Of a stretch of 64,000 nucleotides of DNA, positions 29,792 through 40,412 are shown one piece after another. Source of the stretch: a virus (lineage: Duplodnaviria; Caudoviricetes); IMG/VR virus record IMGVR_UViG_3300042997_001039, positions 17,436 through 81,435 of that record. The stretch is one strand, 5' to 3'. Each line of letters starts with the position of its first letter. Within the stretch, counting starts at the first letter, position 1. A model generated the notes under the pieces. That model had not been told where the DNA came from. It searched no databases and saw only the letters and a program-made list of their open reading frames with translations. A program made the position numbers and the translations under genes.

Positions 29792-30507
29792 AATTCAAAA
29801 AGATAGTGGGGTTTGGCGACTCGTGGATTTGGGGAGACGAACTGTTAGATCCTTTACTACATAATATAACTAATTCTCACCCTATAATGCAGGAAAACAC
29901 TCCCTACAGGGAGAGTCATTGTTTTCTGGGTCTATTGGGGCATCATTACGGTGTTCCGGTGGAGAATTTTGGCATTCCGGGCGGCAGTCAACAAAGTGCT
30001 ATGTGGACTTACTTGTGGTGGCTTGAACACGAACAACTAGACCTATCTGAATGTTTGTTATTAGTAGGACATACTGAATCCAACCGAGATACGTTTTACA
30101 ATCCCGCCCATGTAAGCTACGCAAATGATCCTCCTTGGAACAAGTTTATACACAGTGCCTGGGTACATAGTGGTGCTTCTTGTATTGATTCTGAATGGTC
30201 TAACATGGTCAAAACAAATATGATGTTAACAGATTGTAATGAATTAAGGAATCTTACCTATCGACAATCTGTTTTATTTTTTGAAGGCCAAAATTATAAA
30301 TTAGGTAATAATATAATCCAATTTACCACTATGGGCCCATCAATTGTTATTAATGCTAAAGGACTATTATGGCCAGATTCTGGGCTTTCGACATTCATTA
30401 AAGGCTGCCCGGAGTTAATGGCACCGGGTCGTCATCCAAATGAGCAAGGTCATTTAGTTATCCGCGACCACTTGATTCCTGAGATAGATCGTGTTATACT
30501 AGCGTGA
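29788..30507 (+). CDS. SGNH/GDSL-like protein
   Basis: GFGDSW, NFGIPGGSQ, C-terminal HPNEQGH. Confidence 0.65.
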   Translation: MKFKKIVGFGDSWIWGDELLDPLLHNITNSHPIMQENTPYRESHCFLGLLGHHYGVPVENFGIPGGSQQSAMWTYLWWLEHEQLDLSECLLLVGHTESNRDTFYNPAHVSYANDPPWNKFIHSAWVHSGASCIDSEWSNMVKTNMMLTDCNELRNLTYRQSVLFFEGQNYKLGNNIIQFTTMGPSIVINAKGLLWPDSGLSTFIKGCPELMAPGRHPNEQGHLVIRDHLIPEIDRVILA

Positions 30508-31469
30508 TGCTAGATATTGTACAATACCTTCCAGGAAAACGCAAACAATCGAGTTCGGGCTGGATCAGCTTTAACGGACCTTGTTGCATTCATAACGGCG
30601 AAAGTCAGGATCGACGTCAACGTGGAGGCCTTCTAAGTAGTTCTGAAGGATGGAGCTACCACTGTTTCAATTGTAATTTTACAGCCAGCTTTATTTTGGG
30701 ACGCAATCTCAGCTTCAAAGCACGTAAGTTGTTGGGGTGGTTAAATGTACCAAAAGAAGAAATAGAACGTATCAATTTAGAAAGCTTGAAACATCGCAGC
30801 ATTGCAGGTCTATTAGATGATAGGCAACGTACCGCTGCTGCCATACAAGATATACGATTTGAAGAACATGACATAGGCGGCGTCGAATTTGTAACACCGG
30901 AACATACTGATATTTGGAATTACTTGCGACGTAGACATGCACCCATAGATTATCCTTTTATGGTTAGTGCAACCCTAAATTCAAGACCCGGAGTAATTAT
31001 TCCATTTACCTATGACAATATAGTAGTAGGACGAACAACTAGATTCTTAGATGATCGTAAACCGGTATGGTTAAATGACTTTCAACCTGGATATGTATTT
31101 GGTACTGATTTACAGCATGCTAATTGGCAACATGTAATTGTAACCGAAGGTATATTTGACGCATTGTCGATTAGCGGGCTTGCACTCATGCACAATACAG
31201 TAAGTGATGCACAAGCAAGATTGATACGTACCTTGGGTCGAGAAATAACTGTAGTGCCAGATCAAGATCAACCTGGTATGGAGTTGGTAGAACGTGCCTT
31301 GGAGCTGGGTTGGGCAGTCAGCATGCCTGAGTGGGAAGGCTGTAAGGATGTAAACGATGCTGTAATCAAATATGGTCGCTTGGCAACTTTGCTAACTATA
31401 ATGCAATCAAGGGAAACCAGCCGAATCAAAATAGAAATGCGGAGAAAACAAGTTGTTAAAAGAATATAA
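30504..31469 (+). CDS. gp61: DNA primase (gp61-like)
   Basis: Zn finger CCxH...HCFNC; TOPRIM VTEGIFDA, VPDQD, KDVND. Confidence 0.88.
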   Translation: MMLDIVQYLPGKRKQSSSGWISFNGPCCIHNGESQDRRQRGGLLSSSEGWSYHCFNCNFTASFILGRNLSFKARKLLGWLNVPKEEIERINLESLKHRSIAGLLDDRQRTAAAIQDIRFEEHDIGGVEFVTPEHTDIWNYLRRRHAPIDYPFMVSATLNSRPGVIIPFTYDNIVVGRTTRFLDDRKPVWLNDFQPGYVFGTDLQHANWQHVIVTEGIFDALSISGLALMHNTVSDAQARLIRTLGREITVVPDQDQPGMELVERALELGWAVSMPEWEGCKDVNDAVIKYGRLATLLTIMQSRETSRIKIEMRRKQVVKRI

Positions 31470-32838
31470 TGTAGATGTTCAGCGTTTGTTTTTGGAAATG
31501 ATGTTGTGTGACGCACAGAGTTATGTGCGTGTGCAGAACATTTATAATCCTGAAAACTTTGATCGCAATCTTAGAGCAGCCGCTGAGTTTATCAAGGAAC
31601 ATTGTGAACAACATCATACCATGCCAGATCGAGCACAGATATCTGCAACCACAGGCATAGCATTACAAGACATTCCAGACTTAAACGACGGACACTTTGA
31701 TTGGTTTTTGGAGGAATTCGAAGCGTTTACTCGTAGACAAGAACTAGAACGTGCAATTTTGAAGTCTGCAGACCTGTTGGAGAAAGGCGAGTTTGATCCA
31801 GTTGAAAAACTAATCAAGGACGCAGTACAGATATCCTTAACCAAGGATATGGGCACTGATTACTTTGGCAGCCCGGGAGAACGTATTAACCGATACTTTA
31901 ATTCTGGTGGACAAGTGTCAACAGGTTGGCCGCAAATGGATCGATTGTTGTACGGTGGATTCAGCAGAGGTGAACTCAACATCTTTGCTGGTGGTTCTGG
32001 ATCAGGTAAGAGCTTGGTCATGATGAATATTGCACTCAACTGGTTACAACAAGGACTCAGCGGTGTTTATATATCGTTAGAATTGAGCGAAGAACTGTGT
32101 GCTCTTCGTACAGATGCCATGTTGACCAGCATGAGTACCAAGGACATTCGCAAAGACATATCGACTACTGAACTCAAAGTCAAGATGATGGGCAAGAAAG
32201 CGGGCGAATATCGTATCAAGGCATTTCCAGCACAAAGCACAGTAAACGACATTAGAAGTTACATTAAAGAAGTACAGATACAGACTGGTATTAAGATTGA
32301 CTTTGTTATGGTTGACTACTTGGATTTGTTGATGCCGGTCAGTGCCAAGGTCAGTCCCAACGACTTGTTTGTCAAAGACAAGTATGTGTCGGAAGAACTG
32401 CGTAACTTGGCCAAAGAATTGGGCGTGTTGTTTGTGACAGCAAGCCAGTTGAATAGATCAGCAGTGGAAGAAATTGAATTTGACCACAGTCATATATCGG
32501 GTGGTATTAGTAAGATCAACACAGCCGACAACGTGTTTGGTATCTTTACTAGTCGAGCAATGCGTGAACGTGGCCGTTATCAAATACAATGTATGAAGTC
32601 ACGTAGCTCAACAGGCGTAGGACAGAAGATTGAACTGGAATACAACATTGAAACCATGCGTATTACAGATCCCGGTGAGGATATGACCAGTCAAGGTCCC
32701 AAGCCCAGTATTATGGATTCTATTAAATCTCGTAGTGATGTTACTCAATCTGACAGCCAAGAAGACATACCCCGGGTCACAGCTGACATACAGAGCAGCA
32801 AGCTAAAACAATTGCTCGGACAAATAAAAACAACTTAA
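31453..32838 (+). CDS. gp41: Replicative helicase (gp41/DnaB-like)
   Basis: GGSGSGKS, VDYLDL, TASQLNR, MKSR. Confidence 0.9.
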   Translation: MLKEYNVDVQRLFLEMMLCDAQSYVRVQNIYNPENFDRNLRAAAEFIKEHCEQHHTMPDRAQISATTGIALQDIPDLNDGHFDWFLEEFEAFTRRQELERAILKSADLLEKGEFDPVEKLIKDAVQISLTKDMGTDYFGSPGERINRYFNSGGQVSTGWPQMDRLLYGGFSRGELNIFAGGSGSGKSLVMMNIALNWLQQGLSGVYISLELSEELCALRTDAMLTSMSTKDIRKDISTTELKVKMMGKKAGEYRIKAFPAQSTVNDIRSYIKEVQIQTGIKIDFVMVDYLDLLMPVSAKVSPNDLFVKDKYVSEELRNLAKELGVLFVTASQLNRSAVEEIEFDHSHISGGISKINTADNVFGIFTSRAMRERGRYQIQCMKSRSSTGVGQKIELEYNIETMRITDPGEDMTSQGPKPSIMDSIKSRSDVTQSDSQEDIPRVTADIQSSKLKQLLGQIKTT

Positions 32839-32843
32839 CATGT

Positions 32844-33986
32844 ATGAAAGATAAAAAATATTTTTGTTACGAAATTTACAAAAATCTTGCCATAGCGTCT
32901 GATCCATCCGGAAAGGTGGGATACAGTCCTTGCTCTTACTATCGAGGTTTTATTAAAGTTTCAGACGATATTGATATTTCTAAAATTTGGAACAGCCAGG
33001 AACATGTAGCGTTAAAACAATCAGTAGAAAATGATCAGCCAATACCTGGTTGTGCCAGCTGTTATCAAGAAGAAGCTGCTGGCTTAAAAAGCAGAAGGAT
33101 GGGCTCAAAAGAATTTTATGAGATTTTTCAAAACAATACCGATATCGACATTTCAGGTCCTCAGGGATTGGATTATAGGGTGGGTAATTTGTGTAATCTT
33201 AAATGTGTTATATGTGGCCCTAGTAATAGCACGTCGTGGATTCCGGACTACTCACGCATATACCCAGACCGATCAGTAGAGATTTTTAAGCATCGAAAAA
33301 ACGAACAGATTTTTTTATCCGATCCCAAAGTAGTTGAAAATATTAATATTGTGCATTTACACGGTGGTGGTGAACCGCTAATGAGCAATGCCCATATAAA
33401 GTTACTAGAACTAATACGCGATACAAAAGGATTATCGGATGTACGTATCTTATACAATACCAATGGCACGATCAGGGCTAGTGATCAGGTACTTGAATTA
33501 TGGAGTCAATGCCGGTTAATAGAATTGTATTTTAGTATAGACGATGTTGGATCAAGATTTGAATACCAACGCACTGGTGCTAAATGGACAGAGATAGAAG
33601 ATAATATTTCTTGGTACAAACAGAAAATGCCGCACAATCATATGTTTAACATCAATTGCACATGGGGATATTTGAATTTTTATTATCTGCCGGACTTAGT
33701 AGATTGGTATAATAAAAACTTTTCTACTAATAGATATGGGGATCCAGTTAACCTTATCTTTCAAAAGGCCCTGGGGCAATTTTGTTTATCTTACATATCA
33801 TCAACTATGTTACAAATGTTTAAAAAAAGATTTGCCAATTATCCGACCCTACTGCCTTTGCTATATTCATTGAGTATAGATAACAGTAAGGATCATTCTG
33901 AATTTTGGAATTCCATACAAAATATCGATAAGATAAGAAAACAAGATTTTAAAAATCTTCACTCTGAATGGAGTCAATTACTATGA
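32844..33986 (+). CDS. Radical SAM protein with N-terminal Cys-rich (twitch/SPASM-like) region
   Basis: CNLKCVIC (CxxxCxxC), HGGGEPL, YNTNGT, FSID. Confidence 0.85.
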   Translation: MKDKKYFCYEIYKNLAIASDPSGKVGYSPCSYYRGFIKVSDDIDISKIWNSQEHVALKQSVENDQPIPGCASCYQEEAAGLKSRRMGSKEFYEIFQNNTDIDISGPQGLDYRVGNLCNLKCVICGPSNSTSWIPDYSRIYPDRSVEIFKHRKNEQIFLSDPKVVENINIVHLHGGGEPLMSNAHIKLLELIRDTKGLSDVRILYNTNGTIRASDQVLELWSQCRLIELYFSIDDVGSRFEYQRTGAKWTEIEDNISWYKQKMPHNHMFNINCTWGYLNFYYLPDLVDWYNKNFSTNRYGDPVNLIFQKALGQFCLSYISSTMLQMFKKRFANYPTLLPLLYSLSIDNSKDHSEFWNSIQNIDKIRKQDFKNLHSEWSQLL

Positions 33987-34507
33987 AGATATTATGTACA
34001 GGTAACCCTTCTCATAATACTATAGCTAGTGCTATACATCGGCTGTTTCCGTCTGCTGAATTTGCTAGTCGTGCTACCGGTTACGATCTTAGATTTTGGG
34101 ATAAAGGAAGCGAAGATCATTTCCGTATGTGTATTAAAAACTATGATGTTTTCATCAACAGCTCTTATATTTGCAGTGGGGGTCAGTTAGCATTATTAGA
34201 AGCTACACACACCGAATGGGCATTAGCGGGCATACATGGTCATATTATTAATATTGGAAGTTCAGCAGAATGGGAAGGTATTAATACCAAATTTGATAGC
34301 TACAGTATACAAAAAAGAGGACTACGAGATCGTAGCTTACAGTTAAATGGCAAAAAATGCATAAAAACCTCTCATATTATTGCAGGTGGTCTTAACGACA
34401 AGTTACCAGGACACGAAAACTGGTTATCATTAGATGATATTGCTGACACCATACTTTGGATATTACAAAATAAAGTACAGATACCGTTGCTGCAAATACA
34501 GACTTAG
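33983..34507 (+). CDS. Short-chain dehydrogenase-like protein
   Basis: ILCTG, DVFINS, IINIGS, YSIQK (YxxxK). Confidence 0.65.
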   Translation: MKILCTGNPSHNTIASAIHRLFPSAEFASRATGYDLRFWDKGSEDHFRMCIKNYDVFINSSYICSGGQLALLEATHTEWALAGIHGHIINIGSSAEWEGINTKFDSYSIQKRGLRDRSLQLNGKKCIKTSHIIAGGLNDKLPGHENWLSLDDIADTILWILQNKVQIPLLQIQT

Positions 34508-34557
34508 TAGTAAAGTCTAAATAATTATTATAATAAATACTCAAAGAGATTATTTTT

Positions 34558-34815
34558 ATGCAAAAACATACACGCAGTATCTTGGAAGAACTAGATACGA
34601 TCTATCAAGATCGCTTTCAGGATCGAGACCGCCGCTACATTGTAGAAAGTCGTGCCACTAATGTGATTGCCAGCGCCATTAGATTAATCGAACAGATTGA
34701 ATCTGCTTATCCTCCGGATCAAGCAGATAATTTAGTAAGAAAACTTTTGAATGCAATTCGTGACAAAGATCCTAAAAAATTTACAAGAACCGTGAGAAGA
34801 ACTGATGCAGATTAA
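34558..34815 (+). CDS. Conserved phage hypothetical protein
   Basis: 85 aa after late promoter TAAATA (34534). Confidence 0.6.
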   Translation: MQKHTRSILEELDTIYQDRFQDRDRRYIVESRATNVIASAIRLIEQIESAYPPDQADNLVRKLLNAIRDKDPKKFTRTVRRTDAD

Positions 34816-36706
34816 CGAAGGCGGTAATGTATTCAAAGATACAGCCGGTAATCCACTCACCCAGCGTATTGCTCAAGCTGATGTCATGCCCACTGCTCAA
34901 TGGCTAGAGAAGATTACTGGCCTTGACCTCACTAAAGACAAAGACAAGCGTGATGGCAAGCCAATTCGATGGCTAGGATCGACTGGCCGCAAGGCTGATT
35001 CAGGCGATCTAGACATGAGTGTTGATGCTGGCGAAATGACAAAAGATCAGTTGGTCGCAGTGTTAGCACAATGGGCCAAGAGTAAAGGTGTGGATCCTGC
35101 CAAATACATCAAAAAATCAGGCTCTGCTGTGCACTTTTTTACTGCCATCAATGGCGACCCTAAGAATGGATTTGTACAAACAGACTTTATGTTTAGTAAT
35201 AAACCAAGATGGACACAATTTGTATTAAGCAGCGATCCTCGTAGCAAATATAAAGGTGCACTGCGCAACATCATGATGAACAGTATGGCCAAGGCCTTGG
35301 GATACAAGTTGAATCAAAACGACGGTATTATGGATCGTGCTACCAATGAGTTGATCACAGACGATCCTGCTCAGGTAGCTCAAATGCTACTAAATCCCAA
35401 TGCCACAGTGGCTGATCTTTACAGCGTAGAAGCCATCCTAAAATCATTGGAAGCAGACCCAAAACGTGCTACCAAGATTGCCGACTTTAAAGCACACATG
35501 GATCGCGAAGGCATACAGTTCGACGAAGGCATCTACGAAACAACAGAACTCTACACTGAATATAACGAAGTCAGCATCATGGCCCGTTTACGTGATCGCA
35601 TTGTAAATCAAGGTATGCAGGTCATTGTGGAAGGTGTGCGTATTGAGCACCCCGAGGACATGATATTTGATCAGCGTCCCAGTGCTGGTCTCAAGCAAGC
35701 ACTAGATGGCATCGTAGCTGCTGCTCGGAATCCTAGTGAGACCACAGTTAAATGGGACGGAAAACCAGCCATTATATTTGGCCGTAAACCCAACGGGGAA
35801 TTTGTGCTGACTGATAAGTCGGGATTTGGTGCCAAAGGCTATGATGGATTGGCTACCAACCCAGAACAGATTGCTAAAATTATGAATATGCGTGGTGGCG
35901 AGCGTGGCGAACTTATTGCTCTTTATCAACGATTGTTTCCTATGCTGCGTCGTGCAGTACCCGAAGACTTTCGCGGCTATGTTCAAGGCGACTTGTTGTA
36001 CAGTGAAGCACCTGCGTTGAAGGGTGATAATTATGTATTCACACCCAATACTGTAACATATACAGTGCCGGCCAACACAGACCTGGGCCAAAAAATTTCA
36101 CAAAGCACTGCAGCAGTGGCTATTCATACTGCATTGTCGGCTCCGGGTGCAGCACCTACACCTATACGTGCTGCTGCTTTAGAACCCAGTCCGGGACTGT
36201 TGATTTTGGATCCCAGTTTGAAAGAACCACGTGAGATCAAGTTAAACGCTGCCACTGTTAAAGATGCTACCAGTCTGCTCACACAGTACGGTGCAGCAAT
36301 GGATCGTTTGTTTAATCCCGCTGAACTGCGAGCACGTAAGATCAGCGATTTTCCTATCTTGATTAAAACCTACATCAACAGCCGTGTTCGCGGTGGCAGC
36401 TATGACAACTTGATCGGCGGATTTGGCGATTGGGTCAAACAAAAAGCACCAGCAAAAGCACCACGCATATTTGAATGGGCTACTGAAAACAAGCAGGCAG
36501 TGGCAGCACTATTTCAAGCATTCTTAGAAATATCCAGCCTTAAGAATCAAGTGGTCCGTCAGTTAGATGCACAAGCACACGATGTACAGGCCAGCATCAA
36601 CAACGAACCTGGACACGAAGGCTATGTGGGCAACGGTATGAAGTTTGTGGATCGCATGCGTTTTAGTGCTGCAAACTTTGCCAAAAATAATCCTGAATTA
36701 GGATAG
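34805..36706 (+). CDS. Two-domain protein: Pol-beta-type nucleotidyltransferase + ligase-like (DUF6267-type) domain
   Basis: GSTG...SGDLD...QTDF in the N-half; VKWDG, QGDLLY, HEGYV, KFVDR in the C-half. Confidence 0.65.
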   Translation: MQINEGGNVFKDTAGNPLTQRIAQADVMPTAQWLEKITGLDLTKDKDKRDGKPIRWLGSTGRKADSGDLDMSVDAGEMTKDQLVAVLAQWAKSKGVDPAKYIKKSGSAVHFFTAINGDPKNGFVQTDFMFSNKPRWTQFVLSSDPRSKYKGALRNIMMNSMAKALGYKLNQNDGIMDRATNELITDDPAQVAQMLLNPNATVADLYSVEAILKSLEADPKRATKIADFKAHMDREGIQFDEGIYETTELYTEYNEVSIMARLRDRIVNQGMQVIVEGVRIEHPEDMIFDQRPSAGLKQALDGIVAAARNPSETTVKWDGKPAIIFGRKPNGEFVLTDKSGFGAKGYDGLATNPEQIAKIMNMRGGERGELIALYQRLFPMLRRAVPEDFRGYVQGDLLYSEAPALKGDNYVFTPNTVTYTVPANTDLGQKISQSTAAVAIHTALSAPGAAPTPIRAAALEPSPGLLILDPSLKEPREIKLNAATVKDATSLLTQYGAAMDRLFNPAELRARKISDFPILIKTYINSRVRGGSYDNLIGGFGDWVKQKAPAKAPRIFEWATENKQAVAALFQAFLEISSLKNQVVRQLDAQAHDVQASINNEPGHEGYVGNGMKFVDRMRFSAANFAKNNPELG

Positions 36707-36782
36707 GTACTGGCCGATTTCTGTCATTTGGTATAAATAAATGCAGGGACAAAACATTCCCACTTAACCAAGGAGCTTTAAA

Positions 36783-37250
36783 ATGGCATTTTTTCCACCA
36801 GCAAATGGCGATGCACAACCGGTATTCGCATTAGACTTAGCAAACGGCCCACAACAAGGCCAAATCTCTTCAGCTGCACTAGTGCAGATGGCAGGTCCAA
36901 AACTGGACTTCTTCAGCGTTGTAGTTCAGAACGGTTCACAACAGAACATTGACTTGCAAAACCAGTTGGGTAACGTAACATCAGGCGTTTTCACACCAGG
37001 TGTTGTTGTTCAACTAAATCAAAGCATTCAAGAGACAGCCACCATTGCCATGTACCAGGTTGAAGCTGCTTCATCTGGTCTGATCAGCTACGCTGTATAT
37101 CCAAGTGGTGCTTACACTGCTGCCACTCTGCAAGCTCAACTGCGTGCCTTGGGCAACATTCAGATCACAGCCAGCGATGGTACAGTGACTGGTGTCAACG
37201 TTACAGGTACAGACGTTGTAAACGTAGGTTTCAAACTAGCTACCAGCTAA
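36783..37250 (+). CDS. Putative virion structural protein
   Basis: TATAAATA (~36733) and AAGGAG upstream, terminator downstream; Ala/Thr/Val/Gln-rich. Confidence 0.55.
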   Translation: MAFFPPANGDAQPVFALDLANGPQQGQISSAALVQMAGPKLDFFSVVVQNGSQQNIDLQNQLGNVTSGVFTPGVVVQLNQSIQETATIAMYQVEAASSGLISYAVYPSGAYTAATLQAQLRALGNIQITASDGTVTGVNVTGTDVVNVGFKLATS

Positions 37251-37275
37251 TTTCGAGTCAGTTTAGTATAGACCC

Positions 37276-37306
37276 AAGCCCCGGATTTATTTTGGGGCTT
37301 TCTTTT
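37276..37306 (+). terminator. Rho-independent terminator
   Basis: AAGCCCC...GGGGCTT-TCTTTT. Confidence 0.75.
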
Positions 37307-37326
37307 GACCATTAAATACCTATACT

Positions 37327-37989
37327 ATGCAACCACTCAACCCAATTCCATTATGGCCTATCCTGATGTATGATTTTCAGTGGGACGACCACGATCAATA
37401 TCGAGACGAGATTGCCCAGGTATGTTACGACCTCGAAGAGAAGAAACATGTCAGTAATGTAGCACCAGATGCCAAACGCGGCCTGTACGAAAGCGGATTT
37501 GACTTTGTATCTACAGATTCGCCTGCTGTGCTGGCATTCAGTCACTGGGCCAAACAGTGTATGTTTCGTGCTGCCGCCAATGCCAACAAGGCCTATTGGC
37601 CCCCAGGTATGAATGTCACAGTAGAGATACACGAATCCTGGTGCCACATCACACGTGATGGTGGCTATCATGACATGCATGCTCATCCTGGTAGTTCTTG
37701 GTCTGCTATCTATTACGTAGACACCGGAGACATGGGTGCTGCTGAAGATAAAAATGGTGTCAACAGATTTTACAACCCCAATAATTGTGCCTATGCAGAT
37801 GCAGGAATGGCCTGGACCAATCGCAACACCAGCATTGACTTCAGAGCTGAACCTGGTATGATGGTTGTTTTCCCCAGTTGGCTACAACATTCTGCTGTGG
37901 TTTATCGCGGCACCAAGGATCGTATTGTGATTGCGTTGAATTGCAGAATTACTCGGTCTGATATGTCACAGGTGTCGATATCAACATGA
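37327..37989 (+). CDS. 2OG-Fe(II) oxygenase (TIGR02466-like)
   Basis: HAHPGSSWSAIYY, GMMVVFPSWLQHS, RIVIALN. Confidence 0.85.
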   Translation: MQPLNPIPLWPILMYDFQWDDHDQYRDEIAQVCYDLEEKKHVSNVAPDAKRGLYESGFDFVSTDSPAVLAFSHWAKQCMFRAAANANKAYWPPGMNVTVEIHESWCHITRDGGYHDMHAHPGSSWSAIYYVDTGDMGAAEDKNGVNRFYNPNNCAYADAGMAWTNRNTSIDFRAEPGMMVVFPSWLQHSAVVYRGTKDRIVIALNCRITRSDMSQVSIST

Positions 37990-38426
37990 CTTTACGAATA
38001 AAATGCACCACACGCTTTGACATCACAGAAACTGGCATACGTAATCGTGTGTTCAGATCAAACATGCCATTCCGGGACAAAACTGGACGAACAATTGTAA
38101 CACAAGCAGAATGGCAACAAGCTAGAAATCAACAAGCTAATTGGGAAACTGTGAATCAAGTGATCAGTTTGCGTACACTGCCTGAGCGTATATCAGCTCC
38201 GATGGCAGATTCTGCTGCTGCAACTTGGTCATTTGAATTTGACGTAGTTGACCCTGGTTCTATTGCTCATAACAACGACCCTGTGGGTTATCTAATAGCT
38301 GACTGCAACGGGGTTCCGATGATAACTGGACTTGGAGAATCTTCTGATAATGCTGCATTTTTATCCAGCCAAGACACAGCAGCCAATATTTGGTTTGATG
38401 TTGTTCAACAGATTGACCATAAATAA
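37986..38426 (+). CDS. Hypothetical protein
   Basis: 146-aa ORF. Confidence 0.55.
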   Translation: MTLRIKCTTRFDITETGIRNRVFRSNMPFRDKTGRTIVTQAEWQQARNQQANWETVNQVISLRTLPERISAPMADSAAATWSFEFDVVDPGSIAHNNDPVGYLIADCNGVPMITGLGESSDNAAFLSSQDTAANIWFDVVQQIDHK

Positions 38427-38444
38427 TCTGTCTAAGGATACATT

Positions 38445-38708
38445 ATGGTTGATACTACTGATATCGAAAAAAAGAGTTTGGAAGCACACGTGGAATTGTG
38501 TGCTGAACGTTATCGATTTCTAGAAAATAAGTTGGAGACAGTGGAAGCCACTGTCAGTAACGTCAATGAAATGGTTGTTGATATTCGAGACATGATGGAT
38601 AAAATAGTAGACAAACGTAATAATCAGATAATCAACTGGGGCACTGCTATTATAGGCAGCCTAGTAGCTTCTATTGTGTACCTTGTGATGCAATACGTGA
38701 TCAAATGA
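38445..38708 (+). CDS. Coiled-coil protein with C-terminal transmembrane helix
   Basis: HVELCAERY coiled coil; WGTAIIGSLVASIVYLVM hydrophobic tail. Confidence 0.55.
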   Translation: MVDTTDIEKKSLEAHVELCAERYRFLENKLETVEATVSNVNEMVVDIRDMMDKIVDKRNNQIINWGTAIIGSLVASIVYLVMQYVIK

Positions 38709-39208
38709 AAAAACAAGAAAAGATTCTACAAAAGCTACAACAAATTGTTGAGCCAGAATATAACCAGCTTAAATCTAATATGATTATAGCTCAAAACAAT
38801 CAATATCATGTGTTTGATCGATATACTATAGAAAAATCTGCTGACAACACTTATTCAGTTGCAAGACAACGTTATGTAGACAAAATTTTCTCTACATTGC
38901 CAGTAGCCCTGAGTTGGTGTATTGCAGACAAGATTCGAAACAGTCGATTGGCTTATGCTTTACAAAATTTAGATCAAGAGCGTTTAAGAATTGCTGCAGA
39001 TGTGTTTGTTAGAGAATCCTTGTTAAAACAAATAAAAGACCCTGAACGCAGAGAAATAACATATATTAAAATTACAGCCAAAAAACAAGGTCTTAGAGCT
39101 GTAGAAAATCGTCTTGCCAAATGTGTTAGTTTGGCTAAATACTATCAGATACGAGGATTCAACCGCGATGAAACTGCACGAACTAGACACACTCAAACAA
39201 CAAGATAA
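38705..39208 (+). CDS. Hypothetical protein
   Basis: 167-aa ORF. Confidence 0.55.
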   Translation: MKKQEKILQKLQQIVEPEYNQLKSNMIIAQNNQYHVFDRYTIEKSADNTYSVARQRYVDKIFSTLPVALSWCIADKIRNSRLAYALQNLDQERLRIAADVFVRESLLKQIKDPERREITYIKITAKKQGLRAVENRLAKCVSLAKYYQIRGFNRDETARTRHTQTTR

Positions 39209-40412
39209 AGCAGCACAAGTATTGGAACAACGATTGGGTCAATCCGTTTCGTTTTCAAATCTTAGTCTGCGTGAATCACGTCACATGCTACTGCGTGTAC
39301 GTGGCTTAATTAACGAACACAGAGCCAGTGCTGCGTCACATTCAAGCGAACGTGATCCTGCTTATCTCAAGTTAATTATGCTGGAATCAGGACTTAAAGG
39401 TCGGCTGAAAGAAGGTGCACCTCCTACAGTATTACCTTCTGATCAGAAATACACACAAGCATTAAGCCGAGTATATGGTCAACAGATAGTAAATAATCCT
39501 AAGTTCTCTGACTTGCTTGCCAGATTAAAGCGAGCAACTCCAAATGAACGAGAATTAGATATTATTATCAAAACTGGTACATTACCAAATCATCTTGAAG
39601 AAATTGCTACTACTATGCCTGGGCAAGCACCTGTTGCCGGAACGATGCCTGCTACTGGCACTGTTGCAGCAAAGCCAGGACAACCAGTTGCTGCACCTGT
39701 AAATCTTAAAGATCCAAAACTTGTTGCTGCTACTAAAAAAGCACAATCGGGTCAAACACTGAATCCTCAGGAAAAAGAAATGATGGCTGCTGCTGGTGCT
39801 GCTGCTGTGGCTATGCAGAAAGAATCGCAACAAGCCCGCCGTAGACTGCGAGAAAGCGAAATACAACAGGCCCAGGTTGTGTTGGCTGCTCAAGATATGG
39901 TTGATCAAATCCAAAAAATGCTTGAGCAGATTTCTGCTATGCAGTTTAAAGATTTGCCAGCTCTGACAGATTCAATCAAGAACGACATGGGTGTTGATCA
40001 AGCCACTGCTTATCAATCAGCTGCTGCTGCCGCACTAACACAATTGTTGGCAGGTGTACAACAAGGCAAGACAGCCTTAGAAGGTGCACAAGGTACACTA
40101 ACAGGCCAAGCTCCGGTGGTACCTGGTACAGAACCTGCTGCCGACATGGGCGCAGATTTAAATGCAGAACCGGATGTAGATGTAGATGTTGACGCAGAAA
40201 TTACACCTGCTGACGACGAAGAACCAACACCGTTGGGTGCTCCTGAAACATTAGGTCGCGAACGCCGTGTTGCTGAGGCCGCCAAGAAAGGCAAGCCAGA
40301 TTTCCTGGATCTTGACAAAGACGGCAACAAAAAAGAAACAATGAAATCGGCTGCGGCTGACAAAAAAGCAGGACCGAAGAAAGGTGTTAATCCTTTTGCC
40401 AAATCAAAATAA
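39168..40412 (+). CDS. Putative head scaffold/internal protein
   Basis: TAAATA at 39136; repeated LxE sites, Ala/Pro/acidic linkers, C-terminal KPDFLDLDKDGNKKE motif. Confidence 0.45.
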   Translation: MKLHELDTLKQQDKAAQVLEQRLGQSVSFSNLSLRESRHMLLRVRGLINEHRASAASHSSERDPAYLKLIMLESGLKGRLKEGAPPTVLPSDQKYTQALSRVYGQQIVNNPKFSDLLARLKRATPNERELDIIIKTGTLPNHLEEIATTMPGQAPVAGTMPATGTVAAKPGQPVAAPVNLKDPKLVAATKKAQSGQTLNPQEKEMMAAAGAAAVAMQKESQQARRRLRESEIQQAQVVLAAQDMVDQIQKMLEQISAMQFKDLPALTDSIKNDMGVDQATAYQSAAAAALTQLLAGVQQGKTALEGAQGTLTGQAPVVPGTEPAADMGADLNAEPDVDVDVDAEITPADDEEPTPLGAPETLGRERRVAEAAKKGKPDFLDLDKDGNKKETMKSAAADKKAGPKKGVNPFAKSK

